A stretch of DNA of 58,182 bases, the filler included, from Dimargaris cristalligena (Eukaryota): assembly GCA_003614675.1 (NCBI GenBank). It is 4 parts of 4 records of this genome, joined end to end, with 100 filler letters (N's around TTAATTAATTAA, not from the genome) between each part and the next. Parts side by side here need not be neighbours in the genome. Positions count along the whole stretch, not along the records: positions 29,183 to 43,638 come from ML002950.1; positions 43,739 to 58,182 come from ML002951.1; 2 more parts are not named here. One strand, 5' to 3'. Made by a program: the position numbers and the translations under genes. Shown here one piece after another: positions 39,418 through 53,200 of this stretch. Under the pieces are notes generated by a model. It made no database searches and was not told the origin of the DNA. It was given only the letters and a program-made list of their open reading frames with translations. How positions within the stretch are numbered: the first letter of the stretch is position 1; each line of letters opens with the position of its first letter.

Positions 39418-42400
39418 CTCGCGCGGCGGAATGGACGGGCACATTGCCCACATCCGCGCGCATCGTATCAGCTGCTCGTGATCTTTGCACACGACATCCA
39501 CTGCTGCTCCTTTCCTTCCTTTCCTTTTGCCCTGTTCATAATAATAGTGTGCTTATTCGGCCTACTGACACGGATATGGCTAGTACCATGCGCACACACT
39601 TTCACAAAGGCCGTCCACACTAGCCCTCTAAGCCTGTCTCTGCCGCGCACACATCTGCTTCTATGTGGAAGCTGCGCTCTCTCTCTCTCTTTCTCCATCT
39701 CCCATCTCCCATTTCCCGCTTTGCACATTCAATAGCACCAATGCTTCTTTTTATTTTCCTTGTTTCTCCTTTCTTGGCAGCGCTCACTCCTCACAAGGTA
39801 TGCCCGCACACACGCCACAGCCATGGATCCCATTGACCGTGTATGAATCCGTTTATTGTGCCAACCAGCAGACCATTAAAATAGCTCGCTTGCCACCATG
39901 TCTTCGGAGTTGTTGCCATTACTGCCAGTGCCAGTTCGGGCAATGATCGCGCTTCAAACATATTGTCGGACATTGCAGCGGTGCTTGTCCCGCCGCCATG
40001 AAGTATACGGCTGCCCGTGACATTGTGTCTTCACGGCGAGCAGCTATAATTAACCCGCTCGCTTACCATTTCCAGCCATGTCGCATTGTCTCCACTCGTC
40101 GCCGCCCGACGAGTGTGTGTGTGGCTGTGTCTGCGCATGCCGTGCTATTTGTAACATGTGCCTTCCATGCCCACCTTCTCCGTATTCGCCTCCTCCTCCT
40201 CCTCCTCCTCACACATCGCCCTCTCCTTCCCCCTTCCATCTACCTCATTCGATGCACAGGTGGCACCGCTCCTTCTTCTTTCGTTTTCCTCGCTTTGGCT
40301 GTTCGTCCTCGCCCTCGCCCTCGCCCTCGTTCTATTCGGTTGGACCTGTCATTTGCGTTACCATACACACACACACACGCACCTCCTCCTCCTCGCATCA
40401 CATCGCAGTGGCTGTCATTGATATTATCATTGCCCAAGCATTCCACGCATTCATTCTCTCTTCTTCTCTTCATCACCATCCGTCTACTAGAATCCATTCT
40501 GGTAAGTGTTGCGCCTTGTCCATCCTCAGGAAGAATCCGCCGCCACACCCACATCCACACATACACATGCCCAGCGCGAGCATCATCGACAAGCGAGTGG
40601 GGAGAGCGTGGCTTGTCTGTCCGCCCCTTCTTGCTCGCCCGCTCGCCCATCCTCCTGCTTATTGTTCTCCTCGTTTCATGGCACGCGCGCACATCTGTAC
40701 TATGGGTGATGCTGATGCGCCCGTACAGCGTCTTTGTTGGCGGTCGCACCCTGCGTACTTTTCGCCTCGCATATGCTGGCGATAAGCAGTGGCGTGCTTT
40801 TGGCTTTCGTACTGCTGCTGCTGCCCATCGGTGGCGGAGCTGTTTATGCGCATGCGCCAATAAGCTCTGTTGCTGCTCGATTCTTGGTCGATGCGGACGA
40901 GGATGGCCGGCTACGGCTTTTGAGGATGCTGTTGTTCTATACGCATACAGGTATTATATGTCATAGGTGATACTGCTGGTGGCACAGCAGCGCCATCGAC
41001 ATTGTCCTCTCTCTCTTTCTCTCTCTTTCTCTCTTCTTGTCTGGACATGCTTTAAACAATTCTATTAGGCTTTTTCGTCTTCTTCGCCTCCCCTTTTTCT
41101 TTCCACTGCCTTGCTTGCTGGCTTGCTTGCCCTCGGTCGTTCCTTCTATCGCTCACTCGCTCGCTCGTCGTCTCCCTAATAGCACCTTCTTTCCTCCTCC
41201 TCCTCCTCCTCTTCCTCCTCCTCCTTGTTGTTGTCGTCGTTAGTCTCCCTTTATCCTCTATGCTTCGTCGTCCGCTACACACACTCGCACTACGATAGCA
41301 CTCATCCGCTGATTCACCTACACTCCATAGTGCCCGTGATTCAGTCGTTCCGTGCTAGTCTTTTATTACTACTATTATTACATTCACGCAGTGCCCTCTC
41401 TCTCTCTCCCTCTCCCTCTCCCTCTAAGCGAGTGGGCCGTCGCTCCGTGGTGGTCGTGCATCCAGCTATACTCGTTCCATGTAAGCCACAGGGAGGAATC
41501 CCACAACAGCGACCGCTGCTGTCGTGTCGCGAATGGATGCGGATGTGGATTCAATCCTTGTTTGCTCGGGGTGCACGCGTACATGGGCTGGCCATGGCTG
41601 TCTAGCGCGACAATCATCGCCATGGTCAACAATAGAAATGGCGCGGGCCAAGGAGCGCGATGTACACATGTGTATGTGTGCACGTGTGCATAGGAGGAAG
41701 GGGAACAAGCACGTCGCGCCATCTCCTCTCTCCAATCTCGTGGTCCCTTGATGATGATGATGATGATGATATCGGTTTCCTTGTGGTTGTCACACCGTGG
41801 CGGGCCTATTCTTTCCTTTCAGCGAATGGGCGGCAGTCTGCTGTCCTACATGCGCATGCCTCCGCCTCTTTCTAATGGCCATTCGTGCTGCGCCCTCGTC
41901 CGTCTGTATTGAATCGCCGGATGGCTGAGCATGCTCACTCCATGGTCGGACTTGCCCTTCCTGGACGATGTTTACCTTTCTTTGCTCCTTTTGTGCGCAT
42001 TGCGAATAGCCTGCTCGTATGACACAGCGATGTGGAATGATCATGGTGCATGTGCATATGATGTTCATTAACGCAGCAATCCTTCCTGTCTGTTTCTAGC
42101 AGCTTGACGATTACGGCCTTCCCATCCACCAACTAGCGTGGCAATACAAACAAACAGCAAGCTGCTTTGTGTAGGACGTTCTCGCTACCTACAGGCGTCC
42201 CTACTACAATATCGCTACCGCTGCTGCTGCTGCTGCTCCCTTATTCACTCCCGCCTATTTCCCATTGGTATCATTATCCTCGCTATATCCTTCTTAGTTA
42301 GCGAGCAGCACTACTCGACCATTGCTGCTTGCCTTAGTAGCTCGAATTAGACGTAGTAATCCAGTATGTATGTACACGCGCGCATCCATCGCCCCTACCA

Positions 42401-42614
42401 CTCCCTCTCTGTAGTAGTGGCAATCACTCGGTCGCCAGCATGCGAGAAGGAGGACAATACTAACCGATATGACCACTTGCATTTGTTGTGCACACTCTAG
42501 TCTAAACCATCCGTTGGCATAGCATTTGCTACTACTCCCACCACTGCAACTATTGCTGCTGCTGCTGCTGCTACGCTTTAATTCAGTAAAATTGAGTTGT
42601 CGTCCAGCCGTGGC

Positions 42615-43638
42615 ATGGCGTTGGAGTGCCGGCAGCCTGCCTCGAGGCGGGCAACCGGCCGTGCTAGACCACTGTTCATCCGGCGACATACGGGCATCCC
42701 CCTTCTCCTTCTCCTCCTTGCGTGCCTATGGACCATGGCCGCCGCCCTCTCGCCAGCGGTTTCGGCCAGCACACTAAGCCTGCAGTATGGTCTCCTACAG
42801 CGCCGGCAAAGCTGCCCGGCCGGACAGACCTTTTGCGGCAAGTTTGGCTGCATCGCCGGAATCCAATGCCCACATGGTAAGCCCGCGCCAGATGCGGCCA
42901 TGCACACGCCATCCACTACTAACCTATGACGATATGCGTGTGCGTGCGTATGGGGAACACGTCCACAGCGTGCGCATACAACGATGACATGCAGGCATGT
43001 GATCGTGTCAACGTCAATGGCCGACCATGTGTCTGGTGGGGCAGTCAATGCATCATCAGTAAGTGTGCGCGCGATTCACAACTCCATGTCGACTCATCAC
43101 AACCATGCTCGCTCCAGGCGCGCAATGCACAATGAAGGAGGGCAAATGCCAGGGTGACTGCATGTCGTGCGGCGCCTATGGCTGTGTACCGCGAGGCCGC
43201 CAATGTCCAACAGGTACGTGCGCGCATGTGCACACACACACACATGTCATCGGCGAGCCCTTCCTCCACTAACGCGCATCATCATTGCCATGACATAGGA
43301 TGCGAGCAGTTCAACGAGAAAGGCCGCTGCAATCAGTATATGGCCAGCAACGGCATCAATTGCCACTGGGACACGGGCCGAGGCATATGCACTTATGGTA
43401 GGTGCTCTCCCGACCACAGCGGGATATCCATGTGCGAACGCGCATCGCTAACCCACGCATGTTGCTGTGCAGCCGTGGGCGAGACGCCTCTCGGCCAGCT
43501 GCGCACTGAGCCAAGCGCCATTGGCGGATCCGCGTCACCAGCACCAAGCCCGCTCGATCTGCTGACGATGATGCGTAAGAACATCCTCGCCAACAGGCCC
43601 AGCCGACTGCCCGACGGCACGTCCATCTCGAGCGAGAA
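42615..43638 (+). CDS. Cys-rich secreted or cell-surface protein, 3'-truncated; exons 42615-42876, 42969-43058, 43118-43213, 43299-43397, 43473->43638
   Basis: Hydrophobic signal (IPLLLLLLACLWTMAAA), an RR site, then Cys modules joined by four phase-1 GT-AG introns with TACTAAC/ACTCAT/ACTAAC/GCTAAC branch sites. A Pro/Ser-rich stalk follows. Confidence 0.8.
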
Positions 43639-43738
43639 NNNNNNNNNNNNNNNNNNNNNNNNNNNNNNNNNNNNNNNNNNNNTTAATTAATTAANNNNNN
43701 NNNNNNNNNNNNNNNNNNNNNNNNNNNNNNNNNNNNNN
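43639..43738. other. Artificial contig spacer
   Basis: N run - TTAATTAATTAA - N run. Confidence 0.98.
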
Positions 43739-44135
43739 CAGTTGATAGATATAGATCAGCCACTATCCCCCGCAGTCCTAAATATGGATATTACTTCCTC
43801 CCACTAAGAGACACCATCCCATAAGCGACTTTAGTTGTATAGCTGGTTGTTGGCTGTCTAACTCAGACCTATAAATTGAGGGCGGTAGGGTGCATAGGTT
43901 GAAACTCTAACAATTTTATAAAATGGCAACATTTAAAACTCGTAGCTGAATCTTACACCGTATTCTTCTTCGCGTTCCCGTTGTCGACATCAATGCCACG
44001 GGGTTACATGACCTCTCCAAACCTGTCTCTAATGTACGATTACCTAACTCAAGTGGTGGCCGTCCGGCTGGTTTGGCACATCTTTCTACCTTTACCAACC
44101 ACCACTAAACACAAAACAACTGAAAACACTGATAA

Positions 44136-44361
44136 ATATATAAGAAGTTCATTTAGGCTGTATAACGAAAAATCCATTGGATGAGGCTAATATTACTGGT
44201 TAAAAGATATTCTCACATGTATTCGCCCACACACGTATTATGTATAACGAAAAATCCATTTGATGAGGCAAGTACTACTGGTTGAAAATAAACATCCCAC
44301 CAATTTCCCCATACACATATCGGTTAAACCCTTATACAACCAAGCTGAACTTTACCCATAT
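44136..44361. mobile_element. MITE-like element with about 30-bp imperfect TIRs and an internal duplication of about 80 bp
   Basis: Left end atatataagaagttcatttaggctgtataa versus reverse complement of the right end atatgggtaaagttcagcttggttgtataa (21/30 by eye). tgtataacgaaaaatccatt-gatgaggc occurs at about 44159 and 44241. A homologous copy lies at 8584-8726. Confidence 0.55.
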
Positions 44362-45013
44362 GTATCTAGACCAGGAGGAGTTCAGTAATACTTCGCCTAT
44401 GGAGACATGAGTTGACTACTATGGCACTGTCCTGCATTGCTCTCATTCTAATTGTCATAATTCACGACAGTAATTGCGACTAGTGGTTGCAATTTGATTG
44501 CTCTCTTCGCGCCTGGCTACTAGATCGCTTCCTATACTCTGGCTTAGAGCACAAGACTACATAAGCTAGGCGTCCGAGTTTCAAGTGTATATCTACTTCA
44601 AGCCCGTCAATACAAAACGACTTGCAATCTCTAATAACTTGGGTTTTATAAAGGTGAAATATACTAAAGGTTCGTGTACCCCATCTAAAGATGTGGTGTA
44701 ATTATCGTTATGATGCTAGTTATCGAAGCAACAGCACCTCTCCACCTTAGTTTTTTGGATACGGGTTATACGCATCATACAGCCAACCTTCCGACAGCTC
44801 TTTAGTGTTCTCCCCCCAGTGGCACTTTCATAGATTCTATTGGAATCTTCCACATTGCCTGCGAATCCAAGTGACCAAGGATAGCTAAAATTAACCAAAA
44901 GTGGTATTGTGTCAGGCTCATCGAATAGCAGCGCATTTGTTCTTCTATTTCACCATCTTGGTAGTTTTATTCTTCCACCCACCTCCCCCATTCATTCGTT
45001 TATTATTACCGCC

Positions 45014-46531
45014 ATGGCCCAATTAGTCCGGTTTGACCCCAACCACGATGACCTCATCGCCGACATGGAATTCGACATTTACGGCAACCGGCTGTGTACC
45101 GTCAGCTCCGATCACACCATCAAGGTCTGGCAGCGCTGTACAGGGGCCAATACCAGCGGTCAATGGCAGCTCATGTCGAGTTGGAAAGGTCACGACAGTT
45201 CCCTCACCAAAGTCAGCTGGGCCCATCCGGAGTTTGGCAATCTGATTGCCACCGGGTCGTTTGACCGAACCGTAAGGATCTGGCAACAGCGCCGTCAGGA
45301 GGCGGCTTATCATGGCACGGGGGTCGGAACATCCGGCACAGCAGCAGCGGCCCCCGCAGCTGCCGCTCCCTCCCATATTTCGGCCGCGGCCGGTGGGGCG
45401 GACACGAACCCTGCTGCCCTTCGCTTTGGCGCGGACACCCCTGCCGGCCGGTCGGGCCTGCAGTCCAATTCCTTGTTGGAGGCGGCGGCCATGGTCGGCG
45501 GGATGGTATCGGACGCCAGTGTGAATGCCTGGCACATGATTACGGCCAAGAAGGATGCCCAGGGTATGATCGTGGACCTGGCTTTTGCGCCCCACTTTAT
45601 GGGACTGCAACTCGCCGCCGCTTCCTCCGACGGTGTGGTGCGTATTTACGAAACCGGATCCCCCGTGAAATTCGATACGTGGTCGCTCCTAAGCGAGATC
45701 GACGTCAACGGCTCACCCATTCTGGCCCCGTATCTGGAAGAACGGCTCCACCCCCATACTGCCGCGGGCAACGATGATCCCACCCCAGGCGGGGGCCTCG
45801 GCTCGGACCACGGGGGACCTTCCCACCCGCCCTCTCACGTTGCCGCGGGAAGTGGCAACGTCCCCCTGACCGCCGAACAAAACCTCCTCGCCCAGTCCAA
45901 CGCCTTCCAGGAAGTGGGCAACAATCTGTGCATCTCGTGGTGCCCCACCCGCTTCCTCACCAACACCATGGCCGTCGGCTGCGGGCGCGAAAAGGACGCG
46001 AAGATTTACCGTTTCGCCGGGGGCCGCTGGGTCGTTTACGAAGTTTTGGAAGGACACACCGATATTGTCCACAGCATCAGCTGGGCCCCGCAGGTGGGTC
46101 GGTCCTACCACCTCGTGGCTACCGCCTGTCGCGATACCTACGTTCGTATTTACCGCGTCGATCCCTCCTACAGCTCCGATATCGTCTCTGGGGACTCCAA
46201 CGACCTGGTTGAAGAGTACGAAGCCGCCGCTCCGGGCCTGCAATTAAACGCGACCCTGGTAGCTTCCTTCAACGACCATGGCGCCGAAGTCTGGTCCGTC
46301 TCGTGGAATGTGACGGGTACTATCTTGTCGTCCTCCGGTGATGACGGCAAAGTCCGTCTCTGGAAAGGTATGTAGCACATTTCTATGTATAATTAATAGA
46401 GTTTTGTAGATCTAGATTATTTTCTCTCCGCTTGTTATATATATATATATATATATATAGATATACTAATGCTTGTCTAAGACGATGCTACGGAGGAGTG
46501 GGGAAGACCAGTATTCGACCATCCGAACTAG
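45014..46531 (+). CDS. SEH1: WD40 nucleoporin / SEACAT-GATOR2 subunit Seh1, about 467 aa; exons 45014-46367 and 46482-46531
   Basis: HDDLIADMEFDIYGNRLCTVSSD, VSWAHPEFG, FAPHFMGLQLA, WAPQVGRSYHLVATAC and WNVTGTILSSSGDDGKVRLWK are Seh1 signatures. Terminal phase-1 intron GTATGT..TACTAAT..AAG. Confidence 0.93.
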
Positions 46532-47267
46532 CCACTAATTACCTACATTCGATCTTTTAAATATACCATCGTTTCCAACGTCCTATCTTCAGCTACTTCT
46601 ACCGGGGAATGGCGGGAAATCGAAACCATCTCGACGGAACAGGATACCGATTAAATCCGTTATGGTGCTTTTTTTTTCGACTGGACCCACTTTCCTCCAT
46701 CAGGTCCCGGAACATACCTCTACCAGACCCCAACTCTTTCTCTCCCTCCCTCCTTATTTGTATATTTACAATGGTTTTACTATTTCTCCCTCGTTAGTGG
46801 TGTTCTATCTATGATGACGTATCTCAAGGACGCATGAACCCCTCTCAGTCACAGTGTACTCATCTAGTATTTAAATCGATCTAAATGCCGCTTCAGTGGG
46901 GCACGCTTTGCCATCTCATACAACCATCTCACCACCATTGGCCAGTATGGTAATAAAACCCAGCATCTTTAAAACGTATGTATCTGTATGCATAGGTCAT
47001 TCAGAGGTACATAGTGTATCTCCTTGGTAAAAGAAACAATCTAATCGTGCTTTTATTTTGGTATTACTCACCCATATTTGTAAAAGAGCTCAGTGGCAGA
47101 TAGTAGTTAGTTTGAGAGAGATATTCTATTAATAAAGTTGATTGTAAATGTGGGAAACTGGACTGATAAAAGTGGCAGGTTTAAATCGGAGATTGTACAA
47201 TATTACACACACCCACAAAGAGTGAAACCATTCTTGCTCGGTATATCAGTAGATTCTCCCATATAAC

Positions 47268-50200
47268 TCAGTCATCATTTTTCCTCTGGGTCAATTCTCG
47301 TACGGCCTCCTCTAATTTCCGGTACAGCCAACGGCGACTCGACGCTTCGGGAATTGGGATAAACGGCCCCGGCTCATTACCACGCAAGGTCAGCGAAATG
47401 CCCGTGGCTTCGAGATTAATACTCTGTAAAGCGGACAGGGAAATCACCCACTCCACACTTAAACTGCGGCTCTTGATGAGCATGAGTTTAGAGTAGGTGA
47501 CCAAAGCTACCATTTCGGATCCCCGGAGTTCCAAATGGGCCAGGTACGTCTCGTAGAAGTAGTCGCCGTTATCGATTTGCTTGAGCCAGAATTGGCCGAG
47601 GGCGTCGCGTTGGTTGTACGGGTGGAGGATGCCATCGCGGGCTACGAACCGGGGGAGGCGGACGCGGTCCAAATCGACGGCATTGAATACTGTCGTGGTA
47701 TTCTTGATGCCTTCCGTAACGTGACTGGCCAGGTCAAACACCCCCACCATGGGTTTGGTGACCACTCCCACCAAACCCTTACCCACGCCCTTGAAGAAGC
47801 CGCCCAAGCCTTCCTTTTCGGCGCCTTGGATGGGCTGCATAACGACACCCGTGATGCCGCTGGCTACACTCGATGCAAAGGACGTGGCCCCCTGACTGAC
47901 CCCGTAGAGGGCGTGTCGGGGTCGGTTCCGGGTCCGTGAGATACGTCGCCGGTCTTGGTAACTCTTGTCCAAAGTCGCAACGGACAGTCCCTTACTCACG
48001 CTCTCCGCAAATTTGGAGAAGCTGTCCGAAAAGCCGTACACGGTCTTACTAAACAGTGAGTACGTACCACGGGCCAGACCGATACCGAAATCCTGCGGCC
48101 GGTCACTCATGACGAAGCCGTGGTAAGGTTCGTAGAAGAAATCAGCCACACCGGAACTGATGTTGTTGAAGAGACCGACGGGGTTACCAATCACGTCCGC
48201 CGAACCCAGTACCTTATGGATTTGGTAGAGGGCCTCCTGGCCGTAGTGCTTGGTAAACCGGTCCAATAAAATCGTCATACTGGCGCGCACGTTTTCAATG
48301 ACCAGGGCATTCAGTTTCACGGGGGCGTCGTTCACGTTACCAATAGCCATGGTAATTGCATTACCAATGACCATCAACGGGTTCTGCGAGTTGGTGGGGT
48401 CCATTTCCTGGTTGATCCGTTGGGTTCGCACAAACGACAGGTTGAATTTGAGGGGCTGAATATGCAATACTTCGAAGTACAATTGCATTTCATCCTGCGG
48501 GACCGGTGGTTCGGGCAGTCGGTGGACCGTTTCACAGTAGAGTCGGTCCTCCTCGGTTTTCAGCTGTTCGTCACTCTTTTCCGCGCCGAATTTAGCAAAC
48601 TCGAGGAGGGCGAACAGGAAGTCTTCGTCCATTTCGAGTGACATTTCCTGTAGCAGAATGGAAAAGTACCGGATATAGTTCACACCGTACGACTCATCCT
48701 TGGCCCGCACCAGGGCGACGTGTAAAGTTGGCCGAATTTCCGTGTCCTGGCCCGTCTTGGGGATAATGGTGGGGTAGAGCAAAATCTCATTAAGCCCGCC
48801 GTAGAGTTGGTTATCGATTTGGACCCACTCGATCATCCAGTTAAGCGACTGGTTACAGGTGGAGTCGGTATATTTGAATTCAATCCCCCGGAACGTAGTG
48901 TACATGAGCTCCTGCAGTTTGGCGTTGATGAGGGAGAGGCCAATTCCCTCCAGCCGCAGCCGGAAAGTCATGGTCGTGACATTGCTCACGTCTACGATTT
49001 CGAAGGCCTCCCGCAACGTGTCCTTTCGTTGCAATTTGGGTTTGAAAATACTCTTGTTCTGGTTGTACGAGGTCAGACGCAGGACCTGGGTGGCGTGGTC
49101 GGCGATGACGTCCACGGACATGGTGTTGGGGTAGGCGGCCGAAGAGGCAAACTTAAAGGGAATTAGGGTACCAATCTGCTGGATATCCACGTGTCGCTCG
49201 TGACCCTTGACGTTCAAGACCAGTTGCTTATCTCGCATACTGGGGTAATCCCAGGAATACGACATGGTTTTACCAGCCGGCAGGCGGTACTTCTTAACCA
49301 AGGTACCTGAAAGATCTGCGCCGGCACCGGCGGCCTCCCGGAGACTGGGGTCGTACTGGTACAGCGTCACATCCACCCCCGAGGCATTCTCGATACGGTA
49401 GGGCCACTCCCCCTCGACTTGGGAGAAGAGGATGAAGATACAGGCGCCCTCCAGCACGACATCCACCCGCACCAGAATCCGTTCCAGGCGGGTGGTGTTT
49501 AGCTTCACGAACAATTTGCCCACCTCGTCAATGAGGAACGGGGCCGACCAGTAGTTATTGAGGCCAGGGAAATTGATGGTGAGTTGCTTCTCCCGGATCT
49601 GATGGATGAAATGCAGGGGGGCCCGCTGGCCAGCGGCCAGGCGGGTACTGCGGGGAGTGCCCACTTCCCGGAAGTTGAGGTCCTGCTTGAGGTTGTTTTT
49701 CAGCAAGTACCGTGGGGTGAATGAAACCACCTTGGTACGACTGAACTTACCCGGACCCGGTTCAACGCTAATACCGACGTGAATCGTACTGGCGGTGGTG
49801 CTGCCGAGGGAGGGGATCACCACTTCGGTTAGACTACCCACGGCATCGAAACTCAGGGGTTTACTCCAGTCTCCTCCGGAGAATTTGATGAGACAGCGGT
49901 TACGGGGTTCGTAGGAATCGTAGGAGAACATAAAGGGTTTGGGGTTGTCGCCCCCTGGGATACCCTCCCCGCTCTGGCCGGCTACTACCGACGCGCTTTT
50001 AATCAATGACTTAGATTTAAGCAGCATCGCCAACCCGGTCTGGTTAATCATCACGTAGGGGGCGTAGATGGATACAATATGAGCACCACCCGTGTCGGGG
50101 ATCGGTCGTCGGTCCAGCCGTAGGGGCAATTCGCGCCGTTGGTTGTCAATGAGAGAGATTTGGTCATCCACGTCCATGTCCTGGTCCGAACTAGCGTCGA

Positions 50201-53200
50201 TCACCGCGAAGCGACTGCGTTTATACGGGGTGCCGGGAACTTCCAGGGCCATGAGTAGTAGGTGTCCGGGGCGGACGACGTGGACTGGGGCAATGGCCCC
50301 CCGGCTTAATTTACTCTTCCATTCGCGGTTAATGACCTTATCTACTACGGTATATATAATATCGTACGGGAGCAGATTCTCGATTTCAATGGGGGCACTC
50401 AGTCGGACATTCATGAAGGGGTACTGGTACGACGACACGTCTTTGCGTTTGTAGCGGCCGTGGACCTGGAGGACAAAGTCAGGGGTCTGGCGCTGCTCGG
50501 CCGGGCAAATCACGTTCGTAGGCGGGGTCTTGGTCAAAAAGTCCACCCAGTAAATGTGGGTACTACTCCAACTGTAGTGGAACTGGTCAACGGGCCGTAC
50601 TTTAACCGCGTAAATATGGCACTGCAGGACGGGGACGGGGAAGTCCTCACCGGGGGGTACCACTTGCGGGGTACTCATAAACTGGCCCCGATGATCGACC
50701 ATGACCATCTCCAGCGGCAGCAGGGTGCGGTTCTCGAACACCAATGACGATCGCAATACCACCTGCTTGACGTTATTCAGAAGCCGCACATCCACGGCTA
50801 GACGGTGCGATATGTCGTCGAGCTTGGGCCGCAGGCGGTAGAGTTTGCTACTCTCCCGATCCACCGGGATGTCCTTGAGGCTCTCCAGCTGTACCTGGGT
50901 GAATTGCAGCCCGATTTTGTTGCGTGCGGCCACTACCACGTCCCGGGACCGGTGCCAGTTGCCGAACCGCCACGGTAGTGTTTCCTGGTTCTTGATGAGC
51001 CGCACCGACGTTTGGTTTTTGTGGGAGTTGGGGAGTTCGTTCCACACGTAGAGGTCAGTACCTGTTTGGTTTTTAATCTGGTAGGGTACGTGTTCCACGC
51101 GTGTACGGTACAGGTAGTTGTCCTTGTCGCGGGTCAGCTCAGACACCGAGTTGAGCATGGTCTCAATGAAGGCGTGCGAGATATTGATATCCAGCTTATG
51201 CTTGGCCTGAATATCGATCCGGGTGGTGTTATGCGGATCAGACACGGTTTGCAAATGGACCCCGAACTGCCAGGGCTCCACCAGAGGTTCCCAATGGGAA
51301 CTTTGCAGGTTATAGTAATTGGCGTGCATACGTAGGTTGACGTCGATCTTGATCTGAGTTGACCAGTCGGTAAGGTTCACCGAAAAGGCGTCAAAGGTAA
51401 CGTCGACCACCGGAATATCAATCTTATTACCAATGAGGACGACCTGGGCCCCTTGGAAGGCCAGTTTCATAATCTCGCGGGATACGGTCACCTTTTTGAC
51501 CGCGGCGGGTAGGCGGGTGGGGGTTGATTTGACCGGTAAGGGATCGGCGAGCGCACCGGTGTCAACCACGGGGCGACCCAGATTGGTGGATGAAGAGGAT
51601 GATGACGCAGCGTGACTGTCGGATTGGGACTGGGACTGGGTCCGCGACAAGGGACCAGCATCGCCAATTTCGTACGCGGCGTGGGCCGAGGTTGGGGAAA
51701 GCATACCGGGGCTAGTGGCCTGGAAGCTTTCATTAACCCCCTCCGACGGGCTACTACGTGTACCGCCGGCGGTTGCGGTAGGCGCCGCCGCACTTCCCTC
51801 GGACAATTGGGTGGCCGTGTTGGCGATTTCGAGTAGGAGGGAAATGTCCTCGTAGGATACCCGAAGGACCAGAGGTTTAATATCCACGATAATATTGGTA
51901 AGCATGTGGTCGGCCCGGGTCGACCCGTTGTGCATACTCAGCACCACGTCGAAGGGGTCAATAAAGCTGACGCTGGTATCGGCGCGCCGATCCATGCGAC
52001 ACAGCGACATTTCGATTTTTTCCATAGTTAAGGCAAAGATACCCTGTTGCGCCACAACTACCTGTTCCATCGACAGGACCACCGCCTCTGACCCAGGGTT
52101 TGTGGCATCGGCCAGTAGGAGAACCTCGGGCTGGACAATATTGATTCGGAAGGCAAACTGCGTGGCGGGGGTGTTTTCGGCCGGGGGGTCCGAAGCTGAT
52201 CCTCCGCGCCCTGCCGCAGGACGTCGGGCTCCCGCCGGTTTAGGCCGCGGGGACGCGGCCTGGCCGTGGGCCGAGTAGTTATGCTGCACTGCGCTGGATT
52301 GGATCGCGAGACCCACGTTGGCCGGGGCCTTGTAGGGGATCTGGGCAGGGTCAGATCCACTCACCCCGGTTCCGGCCGAGGACTGGTCCGATTGGGAGTC
52401 CGAGCCGGAACCGGACGGGGGTTGGTTGAATGCGCTCAAAAAGTAGTCCTTCATGGCAAACATATGATTGAGGTCTAAAATCACCCGGGGATGGTCGACG
52501 GTGGCCATGAGAATGGTATCCTCACCCGGCCGAGAGTCAACCCGGGCCAGAAGTTGGGGACCGGAGTGGTCCGCCACGGGTAAAATATCCCGGAATTTGC
52601 TTCGGCTATTTGGGCGAGTGTCCTGGATGGCGAACGAAAACACTTGGACTTCCGACTCGGACACCTGGTTACTCTTGATCATGTGCTTCAGGACCAGATT
52701 CTCGCTACAGAACCGCGAGAAGGACGCCTCCGACAGACCCCGACGGCACTGTGTACCATCACCGTGAAAGATTTCCAGATCAATGGTCTCCAGATTAAAT
52801 ACCAAGTCCAAGGTGGTATAGGTGGGTCCCTCCTGAATGGTACCGGCGGTAGAGTTGGCGGGGGGTGGCCCACTAGCAGTTGTAGTAGGATGACTGGGAG
52901 CCTCTGACGTAAACGCATGGTGGTCAGGAAAGGCGAAGGAGTCTACCGAGTGGCGGCTTTCATTGTCCGATTCCTCACCTGGGCGACGGCGGCGACCCAC
53001 TACGCTACCCACACTATCCAAATCCGAAGTACTCAGTTGGGAGAGGGAATGGGACAGGGCATCCGTGGTAGCCGCTGCGTCCGAGCTTGCCGTAAAGGTA
53101 CGCGATAAAATGTTGCCCAGATTCAGCAGGGACTGGTACTGCCGTTCGGTGAGTTTCATGTGGACATCGGACAATTTGGCGGTGATTTCAACCTCAGGCC

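Noticed and set aside
39700-42500. Long ORFs (e.g. 39998-40966) and scattered splice donors
   Set aside because: The translations are microsatellite-driven low complexity in several overlapping frames, and I could not build a consistent spliced model. Probably UTR or intergenic.
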